Shown here: positions 1 through 13,895 of the stretch, piece after piece
Numbering within the stretch: the first letter of the stretch is position 1
Layout of the letters: each line of letters starts with the position of its first letter
Assembly (NCBI RefSeq): GCF_006345805.1
Contig: NC_043006.1
Coordinates: 3,286,001 to 3,350,000, forward strand
Direction: 5' to 3'
DNA length: 64,000 nt
DNA from: Octopus sinensis
Lineage: Eukaryota
The notes under the pieces: generated by a model
The model's database searches: none
The model's input: the letters and a program-made list of their open reading frames with translations, nothing else
What the model was told of the DNA's origin: nothing
Made by a program: the position numbers and the translations under genes

Positions 1-64
1 GTATGTCACTCATGATGATCTTTCTTCAGCTAAGCCATTAAAGTATACTCGTCTATTATTTTAT

Positions 65-416
65 TCTTTTATTTGTTTCAGTCATTGGACTGCGGCCTTG
101 CAGGGGCAACGCCTTGAAGTGTTTCGTTGAACATACGGACTTATTTTAAAGTCTGATGCTTATAGTATGGTTCTTTATTTTTGCCACACTACTAAGTTAC
201 GAAGGTCATAAACAAACCTACACTGGTTGTCAAGGGATAGGCGACAAGCACAAAGTTACATGTACAGAAACATACATACTCACACACACGCGCGCACACG
301 CTTGTACATGACGAACTTCCATACAGTTTCCATAAATCTAATTCACTCAAAAATGCATTAATCGACCCGGCACTGTACAAGAAGATACTTGCCTAAGGTG
401 TCGTGCAGTGGGACTT
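65..416 (-). mobile_element. tRNA-derived SINE, family A (degenerate, head truncated)
   Basis: Tail motif TTTGTTTCAGTCATTGGACTGCGGCC, internal CA tract and GCAGTGGGACT match the many other family-A copies in the window (e.g. 19318-19731). Confidence 0.8.
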
Positions 417-2334
417 CTTCATCACACAATCAACATTTATTTATTCATTTACTTTCCAGCTGTTGTATATTTTTTTCAGCTATGCATTTCAAATACATTC
501 ATTGCGGATGTGTAACATTAGAAAGAAACATAACAACAATACTTTTTGGTTCAATTGTTGCGATTGCTTTTGTTATCTTTGTTGTTGTTTTCTTATTAAG
601 TCATGCTCTTTTTACCTTTTTTTTTTTCGTGGAGTATTTTCTTAAAGAAGGTTCTTTCTGGAATATTTTGCGTTTTAAGTATTCGTTCCAAGATTTTGGT
701 TCGAAGATAACTTCCTACTTTACCACTACCAGTAACGGAAGCCCTGTAAAGAGACTCGCCTGAGCGATGCCTTTTCTGTGATTACTTCAGGATCATCGAA
801 CCAGTTACCTACACTACGATACACATCCGTAATCACTATAGCCTTTTTTTTTTGTAATACTCTCAGCAAAGCAACAAGGAACTCTTTCCAAGAATTTTAT
901 GTTTATATTTGTACGCCCAAGTTTTGCAAAAGACTTAGTGAACTCATCGTTTCTGGAAAATCGATGCTCTGTAAATGTAGGGAAAGTAAACGAGTTATTC
1001 GCTCTGCACATGTAAAGATCTAAGACTAAAGTCTCACAGGTATGACTTGGGTAGTATTATGGGTTTGTCGTGTCTGCATATAAAAACAGGCAAGTGGGAC
1101 GTTTGTGTTTTCAGTTCGGTTTGGGTTTTCTTAATTCAGTCAGCAAATTCCAGACAGTGAATAACGAAAGTTTCAGTTGGTCCCAATTCATACGTAGCAA
1201 CATGAGTTGAATTCAGCAACTTAGTGAATAACCAAAAGCTGGTTCATGCTTATAGTGAATCCGCCATGTTTCGTACAAGATAAGAAACCATTTACGAGGC
1301 AGTAAACATTCATCATTACTTTGTAGAAGGAAAAGAAAGAAAGAAGGAAAAAAGATAGGAAGGAAGAAAAGAAAGCGGGAGGGAAAATGGAAGAGATGCA
1401 ACAGAAACAAAAGTAAAGGAAATGACGAAGTATTTTAATCATATTACATAAAAATAAATACCTTCGTTGGTAGCCATAATCTTCCTACAATTTTTTTGCT
1501 TTAAAGAATTTCAAATAACTGAATGCATAAAATATAGGGTTTCAAACTTAACAGATACAAGTTCGTATCTCATTTTTTCCTATTACTTCTTCCAAGTCAA
1601 TAGGTTTCTTTCTGTACTTTTTCTCCATCATTCGCGAAATATTGTCACTATTACACACAGCAAAATGGAGGGTGATGGCTCGGTGATAAACGCACAAAGA
1701 AGCGAGGAATTGACTAGATATTTTGTGGTATTGTGTATATCTAAATTGGTTTACTGCAGAACAGAATGACCGTGAATTTCATTTTGTTTCAGATGAGGAC
1801 ATTTAATACCCCACAATTATATAGCAGGAAATGCTCTAGTATTCGTTGTTGTATTCTTTGTATTACACACACACACACACCACACACACACACACACACA
1901 GACACACAGACACACAGACACACAGACACACAGACACACACACACATACATAATAAAAAAGATACAAGTGTGTGTATGTGTGTGTGTACACACACACAGG
2001 CAAACATATATATACATACAAATATAAGCATATATGCATGTATATATATGTTTGCATATATGCAAGTGTACACAAATACACATATAAATAGGTTCATATT
2101 TTTCCTGATATTTATATATATATATATATACACACACATACATATATGCACATATACATGCATGCACATATATATATGTATATCTATCTATCTATCTATC
2201 TAACTAGCTATATATATATATATATATACATACATTTAATTTACCTATTTATTTCTCGGAACTTTAGCTATCTTTTTATACATACACTTATGTATGTGTG
2301 TGTATGCGTGCGTAAATAAATGTGCGTGTGTGTG

Positions 2335-2366
<32 letters not shown>

Positions 2367-2756
2367 TATACATACATACATACATACATATATCTTATTC
2401 CTGTGTAAGCGTGTTTTTATGTTATAGATATATCCATCCATCCATCCAGCCGTCTCCCTTCCCATTCGTCTCCCTATCCATCGAGCTATCAAAACATTTT
2501 CTAACCGAATGCAGGTGGATAGAAGTGAACCTGTAGCAGCGAACAGTCTGACTTGAGCAAGCCATGTGCATATGGCATGTTGCTAGTTTGACTTATTACT
2601 CCCTGGCTAATCAAATTATCTTTGGACCGCTGTGAAAGTAATTTTCTGCATGCCGATCTTTTAGTTTCGCTTCACTGCATATCATAGCCGCCTCTTCTCT
2701 GCAAAGAACTTGCAGATTTTTCAGCAAACAACCCATGACTCTAGCACTACAAGCTC

Positions 2757-2814
<58 letters not shown>

Positions 2815-2951
2815 TACCTTGTTTACTTTTTCGCTTTCTCTCTCTTTGTCTTTCTCTCTCTTTCTTTGTATTCTCTCTATGTGTATATTCTTCTAATGTA
2901 TATATGCGCATGCATATCAATGTATATCTATGTTTGTAAGTATATACGGAA

Positions 2952-3002
<51 letters not shown>

Positions 3003-3042
3003 TGTACGTATGTATGTATGTATGCATGTATGTATGTATATA

Positions 3043-3081
<39 letters not shown>

Positions 3082-3349
3082 TTTTCTTTCGCATTCCTCT
3101 CTTTCTCTCGCTCTCTTTCACACACTCTCTCTCTGTGTATGCATACACACACAAACAAACACATACACACACACACATATGTATATATAATCTATCTAAC
3201 GAAGCATGTGTAGTGTGGTATATGCGTGTTTGCATGATCTATTTCTCAACCTATCTATAAAGCCCCCTCTCTCTCTCCCCCTTTCTCCCTCTCTCTCACC
3301 ATCTCTCATTCCCCACTTTCCCCCTTCTCACCGTCTCTCTCCACCTCCG

Positions 3350-3827
<478 letters not shown>

Positions 3828-4262
3828 AGTCCTCTTCCTAGCTCTCCTTCATACTTCCTCATGCTCTCTCACCACACAATAAACCTCGAGCCATCGCAAG
3901 ATTTCTCATTCTCGCCTTCTGTCCGCCATTTCAGTGAATGAAACATATATACAGTAATGCTCGTACAGCCACATTCACATACGTATATGCATCTGTACGT
4001 ATGTAAACAAACGCATAGATATGCATGTGGAAGCATACACACATATGTCTAATGCAAACAACGAACGTGCACATAGATGTACAAACCAGACACTTATGTG
4101 ATTGTATATGCATGTATTCATTTTCATGTACGTGTACACGCGAACAAATGAGTTTAACTTTGTATGGGAATATATGCATGCGTCTGTGTATGTACATAAT
4201 CATGTTACACACAAACACACACACACATACGTGCGCACGCACATAAGTACACGTACATGTGA

Positions 4263-4308
<46 letters not shown>

Positions 4309-4589
4309 TGTATGTATGTGTGTGTATGTGTGTGTGTATGTATGCATATGTATATATATATATTTATATATAGAAACAGAGGGAGAAATAAGGAGAAAGA
4401 GAGGGACATAAAGATATATAGACAGACATATATATAATATACGTTTATACCTATATATAAAAGCATATATATATATATATATGTATATATGTATATATAT
4501 ATATATATGCATGTATATATGTATATATATATGTCTATATATGTATATACATGTCTATGTATATATGTATATACATACATATATATATA

Positions 4590-4624
<35 letters not shown>

Positions 4625-4682
4625 GTTTAAATATATATATATATATATGCATACATACATATGTATATATTTGTATGTGTTG

Positions 4683-4714
<32 letters not shown>

Positions 4715-5331
4715 TGTATGTATGTATGTATGTATGTATGCATGCATATATGTACGTATGTATGTATGCATGTATATATTATGTATATACCCATGCACAA
4801 ATGTTTATCTACACAGACTCATGCTGATATACACAATGTGCATGTGTGTGCTTCTTTTAACTGTTATGTAGAGGCTGATATAAGTATTTTTAAAATGGAG
4901 CTTTCCAGCCATCATACAACTAACAGGCTGTAAAGAATATTATGATTACTTTAAAACTTGCGCATGACAAAGGCTAACATACACCATTCATCATCCGTCA
5001 ACCGAAAATATTTTTCAGATTCTTTCCAATATAGAAAGTACATCCACCTGTAACGAACGAGTGAAGAAATGCCAGAAATTGCTAGAGAGGGGGAGGGATC
5101 GGGATCGGGGGAGAGAGAGGGAGGGAGAGAGAGAGTGAGGCCGAGAGAGACAGAGAGAGAGATAAATAGAGAGAAAGAGGCTTACCTAGTGTCGTAGAAT
5201 AAAGCAACATATAGGGGCATCAGTGTAAGCTAAAGAAATAAACTTTTGTTGGATGGAGTCCACAATGTGGTTTCAATGCTGACTTTACTCGCACGCCTGC
5301 TCACATAATACTTATGTATATATTTTTTTAT

Positions 5332-5524
5332 CGAGGCGTGGCTGCGTGGTAAGGAGCTTGCTTCCCAACTATATGTTCCGGGTTCAGTTCCAGTGGGTGG
5401 TGGCATTTTGGGCACGTGTCTCCTGCTATAACTTCGCGATGACCAAAACCTTGTGAGTGGATTTCCTATTTGATTGACGGAAACTGAAAGAAGCGCTTCG
5501 TGTATATATATATATATGTATATA

Positions 5525-5567
<43 letters not shown>

Positions 5568-5790
5568 CTTTATGTCTGTTTTGCCTCTTCCCATCACTTG
5601 GCAACCGATTTTGATGTGTTTACGTCCCCATAATTTAGCAGTTCGGTCAACGAGACCGATATATTAAGTATTAGGCTTACAAACAATAAGTTCTGGGGTC
5701 AAATTCATCGATTACAATCACTTAAACTTGAAGCTCCAGCATGGCTGCAATCAAGTGTGTGGAAGAAGTAAAAGTATAAAAGAATAAAAG
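5332..5790 (+). mobile_element. tRNA-derived SINE, family A
   Basis: Head GGCGTGGCTGCGTGGTAAGG...GGTTCAGTTCC (A/B-box-like), internal (TA)/(TG) tract, tail CTCCAGCATGGCTGCAATCAA. Confidence 0.88.
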
Positions 5791-6286
5791 AATACATTTA
5801 TTTATGAATATATACGTCGGGTGCAGTGCTGTGCAAGGTTACTATTTCGAAGGAGATGATGTTAAAACTTGGGTAAATAAGTTATTTTATATTAAACATA
5901 TTTAGTCCATATGTAGTCCGGGAAATTTTTGATACCACTTCGTATGTGTATACATACATATATGCATACAAACATATACGCATTCATACATACATACATA
6001 CATACATACATACATACATACATACATGCATGCATGCATACATACATACATACATACATACATACATACATACATACATACGTACGTACATACATACATA
6101 CATACATATAAAGATATATATATATATTAATTTTTCTTATATATACACCTGCTGATATATGACCTACGTTGGACTACTCATTCACATAACCACCGAACAT
6201 GGAGCTTAACTACAGTCTGTCCATAGCACTTACTCAGTATTATCTATCACCTTTGGGTCTTCTTGACACCATTACCTCTCATAACC

Positions 6287-6326
<40 letters not shown>

Positions 6327-6514
6327 TGTGTGTGTGTATGTATATATACATATACTCACGCACATACGCACACGCACGCACACACACACACATATACACA
6401 CATATCGAGAGAGAGAGAGTGAGAGAGAGAGAAATAGAGAGAGAGAGTGAAAGAGAGAAGGAAAGAGAGAGAGAGAGAGAGAGAGAGTTTCCATACATTT
6501 TCTTGTGTTTTACC

Positions 6515-6878
6515 TAGATGCATCAACAGTGATGTTTTCTGGGCCCATCGGTGTTTCGGGTCTTTCAGCTTCAGCCACTCTCAACAAAGCGACTCACCCA
6601 AGGTTGATCAAGCGCCTGCTTGTATCCTGTTAGCACTACCCAGGTTAGCACCAACCCTTCCAGAGCTCGCACATCCTAATTTACAACCAATGTAAGGCAA
6701 ACTCAAATGTCTCCGGTATCAATCTGATAATTGCTCTCTGCCCAATTTCCTTTGTGATGCCAAGCATATTAGTAATAAGCTCGGCTCAGTGTATGCCCCC
6801 AAATTCTCTGCATCCCACATGATAAGATCATACGTTGCTTGCCATCTATTGCTTTGACATACCACCACCAGCTCAATA
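6515..6878 (-). mobile_element. Degraded 3' end of an RLE-type (Hero-like) non-LTR retrotransposon
   Basis: Broken frames give CQSNRWQA...CG(M)QRIWGHTLSRAY, resembling the CQ..GW...EVGCRGF...LSRAY RLE C-terminus; 3' UTR GAAAGACCCGAAACACCGATG...CATCACTG resembles Hero 3' ends as I recall them. Confidence 0.6.
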
Positions 6879-6881
6879 TTT

Positions 6882-6915
<34 letters not shown>

Positions 6916-6917
6916 AC

Positions 6918-6959
<42 letters not shown>

Positions 6960-6999
6960 ACACACACACACAGAAATTTTGTTTTGGAAAAATTATCTA

Positions 7000-7995
7000 T
7001 ATATATTTTTGTGATGAAACATTTATATAGTCGACCGATTTCGCTTATGCTAATTAATACTTAGTAGTCAGTGATAGTGTTAGGGATTATAATTTCATAC
7101 TGTCATAGATTTTAATTCCTTGCTTGTAGCAGAACTGATATTATGTAAATGAATCACGAGGTCAATAAATTTTCGTGGACGTAAGTATTGATCGCACTTA
7201 TTATAAGCAGGGGAGATAATCAATTACCCCCTTTTTTGTTTGGGAAGTAAATTGTTCATAGGTAGAGAGAAAGATATATCTACGAACTAAAATATTTAAA
7301 CAGTTCAAAATTGGTTATATGTGCATATTAAGACGCGGTTGATATCTTTTAATAAACATAATGTCTTCATTTGACTGTTGCAATACAGAAGTTGTTCCAT
7401 TGTATTAAGCACGTAGGGATATTTTGAATTTTCGTTGGAGATTCCCTCCACATCTCTCTGTATTCGCTTAGTTGTATTTGTCTATATCTTGGGAAACGGA
7501 TTTGTTCTCTATGCTGTAATGTTCTCCGTCTGGGAGACATTTTTGTTTGCCCTATAAATTTGTGCACATATCCTGAACAAGATGTAGAGTAAATTTTCGG
7601 ATGCATGGGTAAAATCAGACTTAATTTTGAATCTTAATCCTATTTAAGATGGAGTTCTGAGCCTTCCAGTAGTTTCGACATGTTTCCCAGTTACGTAACC
7701 CACAGTTTTTCCATTCTTGGTTCCGTTCTTATTGCGTATGATTTTGCATTTGACAGTATTACCTTTAGTGATTTTGACTGTTTTAATTTACTTTTAATAA
7801 TTTTGTGCGTGAAAAAAACTGGGTTCATCTTAGGCTCCTTATTGAGTAAGGGTAAATTTTGAACTATAGCATTATATGCTTCATTGTTCCCGGGGTAATG
7901 GGGAGATATATAGAGTAGTATTTCAAAATTTGGTTTGCTATTTCGTTTGTGTCTGGACATCAATTCTTTTGGTACGGTATATCCCATCATCTATT
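7000..7995 (-). mobile_element. Penelope-like element remnant (RT-EN linker and GIY-YIG endonuclease)
   Basis: ORFs 7691-7990 (LYISPHYPGNNEAYNAIVQNLPLL...KIIKSK.KQSKSLK) and 7367-7606 (IYSTSCSGYVHKFIGQTK...RRRTLQHREQIR) show a degenerate GIY-YIG signature; frameshifted. Confidence 0.8.
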
Positions 7996-8034
7996 AGTGA
8001 AGGTGGTTAAAGTCTCTCAATATGTATACAATGA

Positions 8035-8290
8035 CGAGGGTCCTATCTGATACGATCAACGGAACACCTTGCTTGTGGAATTAACGTGCAAGTACTTTTA
8101 ACGTACTTCTCAGAGAGTGTGACAAGGCTGGTCCTTTGAAATACAAGTACCACTCATTTTTGCCAGCTGAGTGGACTGGAGCAACGTAAAATAAAATGCC
8201 TTGCTCAAGGACACAACGCGTCACCGATAAGTGAACTCATGACCTTTCGATTGTGAGCCGAATACCCTAACCACTAATCCACGCGCCTTC
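8035..8290 (-). mobile_element. tRNA-derived SINE, family B
   Basis: Reverse strand GAAGGCGCGTGGATTAGTGGTTAGGG...GAGTTC...GTGTCCTTGAGCAAGGCA...CCACTCAGCTGGCAAAAATGAG; similar copies at 36930 and 38075. Confidence 0.85.
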
Positions 8291-8575
8291 ACACACAGGC
8301 TGTGAGAGCGGTAGAGAGAGAGAGGTAGAGGGAGAGAGAGATGAGAGAGAGAGAAAGAGAGAGAAGTAGTGTTTAATGCCACCTAAACACGGTCGTTCCC
8401 TTGGAACCGACAACACTGCTATTTTAACCGCGGGCGGACGTCCACTCCAGCTGATTGTGTTGTGCACTCTGCGCTCGATATATATTGCAAGCAGGGTGAG
8501 ACCTCCAAGCCGTATGGTTTCGACCTCTTTATGATCATCCTCGGTGATGGATAGTCGTCCACTCTCTCTTTATAT

Positions 8576-8610
<35 letters not shown>

Positions 8611-8612
8611 AT

Positions 8613-8655
<43 letters not shown>

Positions 8656-9034
8656 AATAAAGTGTCACCACCTTTTCTGTATGCAACACGTTTGTTTTTA
8701 AGCTAGCAGATACAGTAAGTCTTTAGGACTTGCTCTTACGCCACATATATTTTTACGTATATTTGTTTTTTAGACTAATTCGTGCAAAAATCCATACACG
8801 CAATGCCATCATGTTCGTTGTTCTCTGTGACATGAACAACAAGGATGTGGCTTTTGGGTTCTGCTAGGGACCTATAATCCTTTGCACAGATATTGCAATG
8901 ATGAGCGCCTCTTAAAGCAAGTGTTAAGAGAGCCTGCAACTCAGGCTGCTCTTTAACTTTATGTGTAAGCATGCACGCACACATACATACATGCATACAT
9001 ACATACACACACACATACATACATACATACATAC

Positions 9035-10638
9035 ACTAGCAAAATATCCAACAATGATTTAACTCTTTCCCCCATATCTGACACATAATGTTACAGGTAT
9101 CTATGGATGGATGGAAAAATTTCTTACAATGCGACCTGTAACAGAACACGTGTCACTAGAGAATTTTACAGCCGAATAAAGAAAATTGAAACTAAGAGCT
9201 CTCCGCAGTACAACAGTGGCTTACAATGTTTGTAGTGCCAGTACACATACCAACATTTGGACTGCTTGATTAGACGCTTGTGAAAACCCGAAAAATACTA
9301 ACAGGTACACATAATTTCCATATAAACAGTGACGTAGACCGTCTCTGCCTATAACGAAAACAAAGCGACAGAGGCTTAACATCGATACAAAATGCCTTTG
9401 AATGTTGTATCATATCCCTTCGGCAACAACTTTTAATCACCAAATGTCAAAGTGCATCCTTTGACCAAATTTGCATACATGAGGCTGATAACATCATAAG
9501 ACTTGGAAGGCAGCTCCCTGAGCGACATTCCTTGTCTGATAACCTAAAATAAGGCCCAAAGAAGTCACACGACTCTACCGCAACGTACCATCAGATGAAA
9601 GGATGAGCGTATATGAGCAAAAGATTATGCATAGATATGTTAGAAGAAAGCTCCAAGATGATAGTAACATCGATCATTAAAGCGGTCTACCTCCCACTTT
9701 GAAGGGTATGCGTTTGCAATCCGGGAATATGAAATATCAACCAAATACTTGTTGCACGAAAGGGATAGAGATGCGGGAAAAGCAGTAAAATGTGACAACC
9801 GATGCAAACTTTGTGTAGTTAACACCAAAGATATCAGCCACATCATAAGCAGTTGTCCGAAAATGTCATCACGGTAAATCTACCAATGGAACATGATGTT
9901 GCAGCTAGAACACTTAATTATGAAATCCGTCGGAAGGATAACCCCGTAGAGAAAGAAATAAGAATCCACAGTATGGTAGAACCCATAGCCACTCATAATA
10001 AAAAGGAGTATTGGTGGAATGTCCCAGTGAAGACCTCAATAAAATGTAAGCACGACAGACCTGATATAATGGTACAGGATAGGAAGAGAAAATGTGTGCA
10101 ATTGTGGAAATTAGCTGAACACAAAGCTGAAGATCAATGAAAAAGAGAATGCCTACGCTGAACTATTGAGAAATCTGCAGTTACTCTGTCCAGATTACGA
10201 GTTCAGGTTTATACCTGTAATCGTTACAGTGTTTGATAAAATAGTGACTTTTTCTCTTTTTATTTATACCCGTAATTGTTGGGGCACTGGGATATGTAAC
10301 AGACTGCCTAATTACCAATCTTGAGAAAGTAGGCTTCTCTAAACGAGAAAGGAGGAAGCTGATTCGAAGACTACAGATCCAATCCATTATTGGAACTGTA
10401 AAAATCTGTAAAACTATATGCATGAGAATACATGCACAAAGCATACATACATACATAATACATACATACATACATACATACATACATACGTACGTACGTA
10501 CATACATACATACATACATACATACATACATACGTACATACAAAAATACTCTGTGGTTGATGTTAAAATCACAATGAAGGAGCCTTGGATCTAAGTTAGA
10601 TACCGGCAAAAAATCTTGAAATAAAATTGAACAATGAC
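9035..10638 (+). mobile_element. 5'-truncated R4/Dong-like RLE LINE in (TACA)n
   Basis: Broken frames give the zinc knuckle CDNRCKLC...DISHIISSC, WWNVPVKTSIKCKHDRPDIM (PD of RLE) and FIPVIVGALG; flanked on both sides by (ACAT)n. Confidence 0.85.
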
Positions 10639-10689
10639 ATGCATGCATACATACATACATACATACATACATACATACATACATACATT

Positions 10690-11845
10690 ATTAGGATAAT
10701 AACTAATGAACCTGAGGAGAGGTATGAAATAAGAGCTGATATAAATTTCTCCCCAAGAGCCATTGGTAAAATTTATTTATGAGAACAAAATATTAAGACC
10801 TGTTCACTAAGGATACAGTACATGGGTACTTGGCTCGAAAAACACAAACCATGGAGAGAATTGATCATGTCAAATGTTTGGCACAGTGTATAGACAAATT
10901 TATGACATCCCACTTCGAAAGCTACCTTCACGCAATCAGGAGGTCAAGTACCCATAGCATAAAGGGCAGAAAATATTGACAGACAACAAATGTACACTGT
11001 GCAAGACCAAGACTGAAGACATCAACCACATTATTGCCAACCGCGAGAGAATGTTTTCCAGAAATTATCTTCTCATGAGTCATGACTGGAGCAGGATAAC
11101 GAAGAAGAAAAAAGCTACAGACGAAGTTGACTATATTGAGCCCGACGGGTCAAAATAATGTTGGTGGAACTTTAAAATTAAAACAACTACCAAGTTAAAA
11201 CATAACAAGCCAGAAATTGTTGTGTGAGATCTCAAGGAAAAAAATGTTTTGTTGTGGAAATCAGCTGTCTTCTGGACGCCTATGTGCTTAGGAAAATACA
11301 AGAGAAAGACAGCATTTATGGACTATTGATAAAGAATTTACAAATTCAGTACTCAAGATACACGTTCAGCTCATACCTATTATTTTTAGGGCGGCATTTA
11401 AGGCGGCAAGTTGGCAAAATAGTTAGTACACCGCACAAAATCCTGACATTCCGAGTTCAAATTTCGCCGAGGTCGACTTTGCCTTTCATCCTTTCGGGGT
11501 CGATGAATTAAGCACCAGTGCAATACTGGGGTCGATGTAATCAATTAAACCCTTCCCCCAATTTTCAGGCCTTGTGCCTATAGTAGAAATATTTATTAGG
11601 GCAGCATGATACATACCAATTCGTTTAGATCAAAGTATGGCTGAACTTGAGTGCTGGGAGAGGAAATGCAGATCCTTTAGTCTATAACTGATCATGATAT
11701 CTGGGACTATAAAAATCTGCAGGACCTTTTTAAGATTTAAAAGATAATGATGAAAACAAGATGCTTTCCTTAACAACTTCACTACTAAGTAGGTGGCCGA
11801 TCGAAATTATTCTAAATTAAACACAGAAGGAAAGAAAGAAAGAAT
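10690..11845 (+). mobile_element. Second, diverged R4/Dong-like LINE 3' fragment (interrupted by a SINE)
   Basis: TDNKCTLCKTKTEDINHIIAN, KHNKPEIV, CFVVEISC motifs; begins directly after (ACAT)n. Confidence 0.78.
11388..11592 (+). mobile_element. tRNA-derived SINE, family C, inserted in LINE
   Basis: GGCGGCAAGTTGGCAAAA...GAGTTCAAATTTCGCCGAGGTCGACTTTGCCTTTCATCCTTTCGGGGTCGAT core shared with 55640-56035 and 63405-63625. Confidence 0.85.
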
Positions 11846-11856
11846 ACATACATACA

Positions 11857-12230
11857 ATCAAATTACAAGTTCAGCTTTATACCTGTAATACCTGGGATAT
11901 GTAACACATTGCTTAAATACCAATTTTGAGTAATTAGGCTACTCAAAAACCAGAAAGGAGAAAGTTGATTCGAAGTCTAAAGATCCAATTCATCACGGGA
12001 ACTGTAAAAGTCTGCAAAACTTTCCTGAAGTTTATCATTTAAATATATATGAGCATAAAACTATATGCACGAAAATACATACATAAAGCAAAACATGCAA
12101 ATTTGCGCATATCCGTAGACACATAGAAAAATACTCTGATGTTGAAATTCCAGTGAAATAGCCTTGAATCTAGGTGAGAAAAAGATTCTCTGTTGGTAAG
12201 GAATCTTGAAATAAAACTGAATGACATAGA
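11857..12230 (+). mobile_element. Third R4/Dong-like LINE 3' end (same family as 9035-10638)
   Basis: Aligns by eye to 10195-10638 (TTTATACCTGTAAT...GGAACTGTAAAA...AATCTTGAAATAAAA); TACA repeats on both sides. Confidence 0.8.
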
Positions 12231-12237
12231 CACACAT

Positions 12238-12457
12238 TCATACATACATACATACATACATACATACATACATACATACATACATACATACATACATACA
12301 TGCATACATACATACATACACATACATACATACATACTTACATACATACATGCATACATGCATACATACATACATACATACATACATACATACATACATG
12401 CATACATACATACATACATACATACATACATACATACATACATACTTACATACATAC

Positions 12458-12488
<31 letters not shown>

Positions 12489-12690
12489 CTTACATACATA
12501 CATACATACATACATACTTACATACATACATACATACATACATACTTACATACATACTTACATACATAAATACATACATACATACATACATACATACATA
12601 CATACATACATACATACGTACATATATACATACATATATACATACATACATACATACATATATACATACATACATACATACATACATACA
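12238..12690. repeat. (ACAT)n microsatellite
   Basis: Directly visible. Confidence 0.97.
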
Positions 12691-12741
12691 CCCTCACATA
12701 CATATCGTTCATACATACATACATTCATGCATACATATATA

Positions 12742-12984
12742 CAGGGTTGGCCAAAAGTCACCTGACAGAAAATCAAAACCATTTAATTCCAAGATTAAAA
12801 CAAAAAATTATTTCATATGACACTTCGCTAATAAATGGACAAATGTTGAAAAAAAACCCATGATTTTAACTCACAGCTTCCAATTATTAAACATTCATAA
12901 TTGGAATGAACAAATAAAATAAAATACTAAATATCTATGGCATTTTCTTAATATTTACTGTCGGATGACTTTTGGCCAGCTCTG
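12742..12984. mobile_element. Tc1/mariner-type MITE
   Basis: TIRs CAGGGTTGGCCAAAAGTCACCTGACAG / CTGTCGGATGACTTTTGGCCAGCTCTG, TA dinucleotide on both sides, non-coding interior. Confidence 0.85.
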
Positions 12985-13377
12985 TATATTCCTACATTCA
13001 TCCACGCATTCACACATATATACTTACATTCTTACATGCATGCATACACATACATACATACATTCCATATATACATACATGAATGCATATATTCCAACAT
13101 ACATACAACATTTATACATAATTATATATTCATACATTCACACATACATACAAGCATACGTATTTACATTTATGGAGACAAACATACGTACCATACATAC
13201 ATACATACATACATACATACATACATAGTCGACTGGCAAAATCTTTTGAGCGTCAGACAGAATTCTTTGCGATAACCCTTCAAGCACTTTGCACTATCGT
13301 GAGTTCAAATGCCAACAAGGTTAATGTCACTTTTCAGTGTTGATAAAGAGTACCAGTCCAATAGTGGGGTAGCTCCC

Positions 13378-13700
13378 TCTTCTTCTTCTTCTTCTTCTTC
13401 TTCTTCTTCTTCTTCTTCTTCTTCTTCTTCTTCTTCTTCTTCTTCTTCTTCTTCTTCTTCTTCTTCTTCTTCTTCTCTTCTTCTTTCTTCTTCTTCTTCT
13501 TCTTCTTCTTCTTCTTCTTTCTTCTTCTTCTTCTTCATTCTTTCTTCTTCTTCTTCTTCTTCTTCTTTTCTTCTTTTCCTTTCTCTTCTTCTCTCTCTTC
13601 TTCTTCTCTTCTTTTCCTTCCTCCTGACTGTCTGTCTGCCTGCCCCTTCTCTCTCTTTCTCTCTTCTCTCACACTCTCTCCTCTCTTTCTTTCTCTTCAT
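13378..13700. repeat. (TTC)n / pyrimidine-rich tract
   Basis: Directly visible; source of the poly-E/poly-S ORFs. Confidence 0.95.
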
Positions 13701-13841
13701 CTAATAATTTTCATGTCCAAACATGAAGAGGAGTGGACTCCAGGATTAAACATGCATGAAACAACTATGATGGAACCCACCACGGCTCTCTCAGGAGTCA
13801 AAGACACCACATATCCATCAAACATATGCATTTTTACATAC

Positions 13842-13895
<54 letters not shown>

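Noticed and set aside
2555-2586. Short hairpin AGCAAGCCATGTGCATATGGCATGTTGCT; miR-279-like (18903) and miR-2-like (51222) seed matches
   Set aside because: Too short or lacking a pre-miRNA stem; only seed-length similarity.
5900-5944. Single mariner-like TIR (TACGAAGTGGTATCAAAAA on the minus strand); similar lone end near 27515-27532
   Set aside because: No matching partner TIR found, so not called as an element.
13305-13704. Poly-E / poly-S ORFs
   Set aside because: (TTC)n microsatellite.
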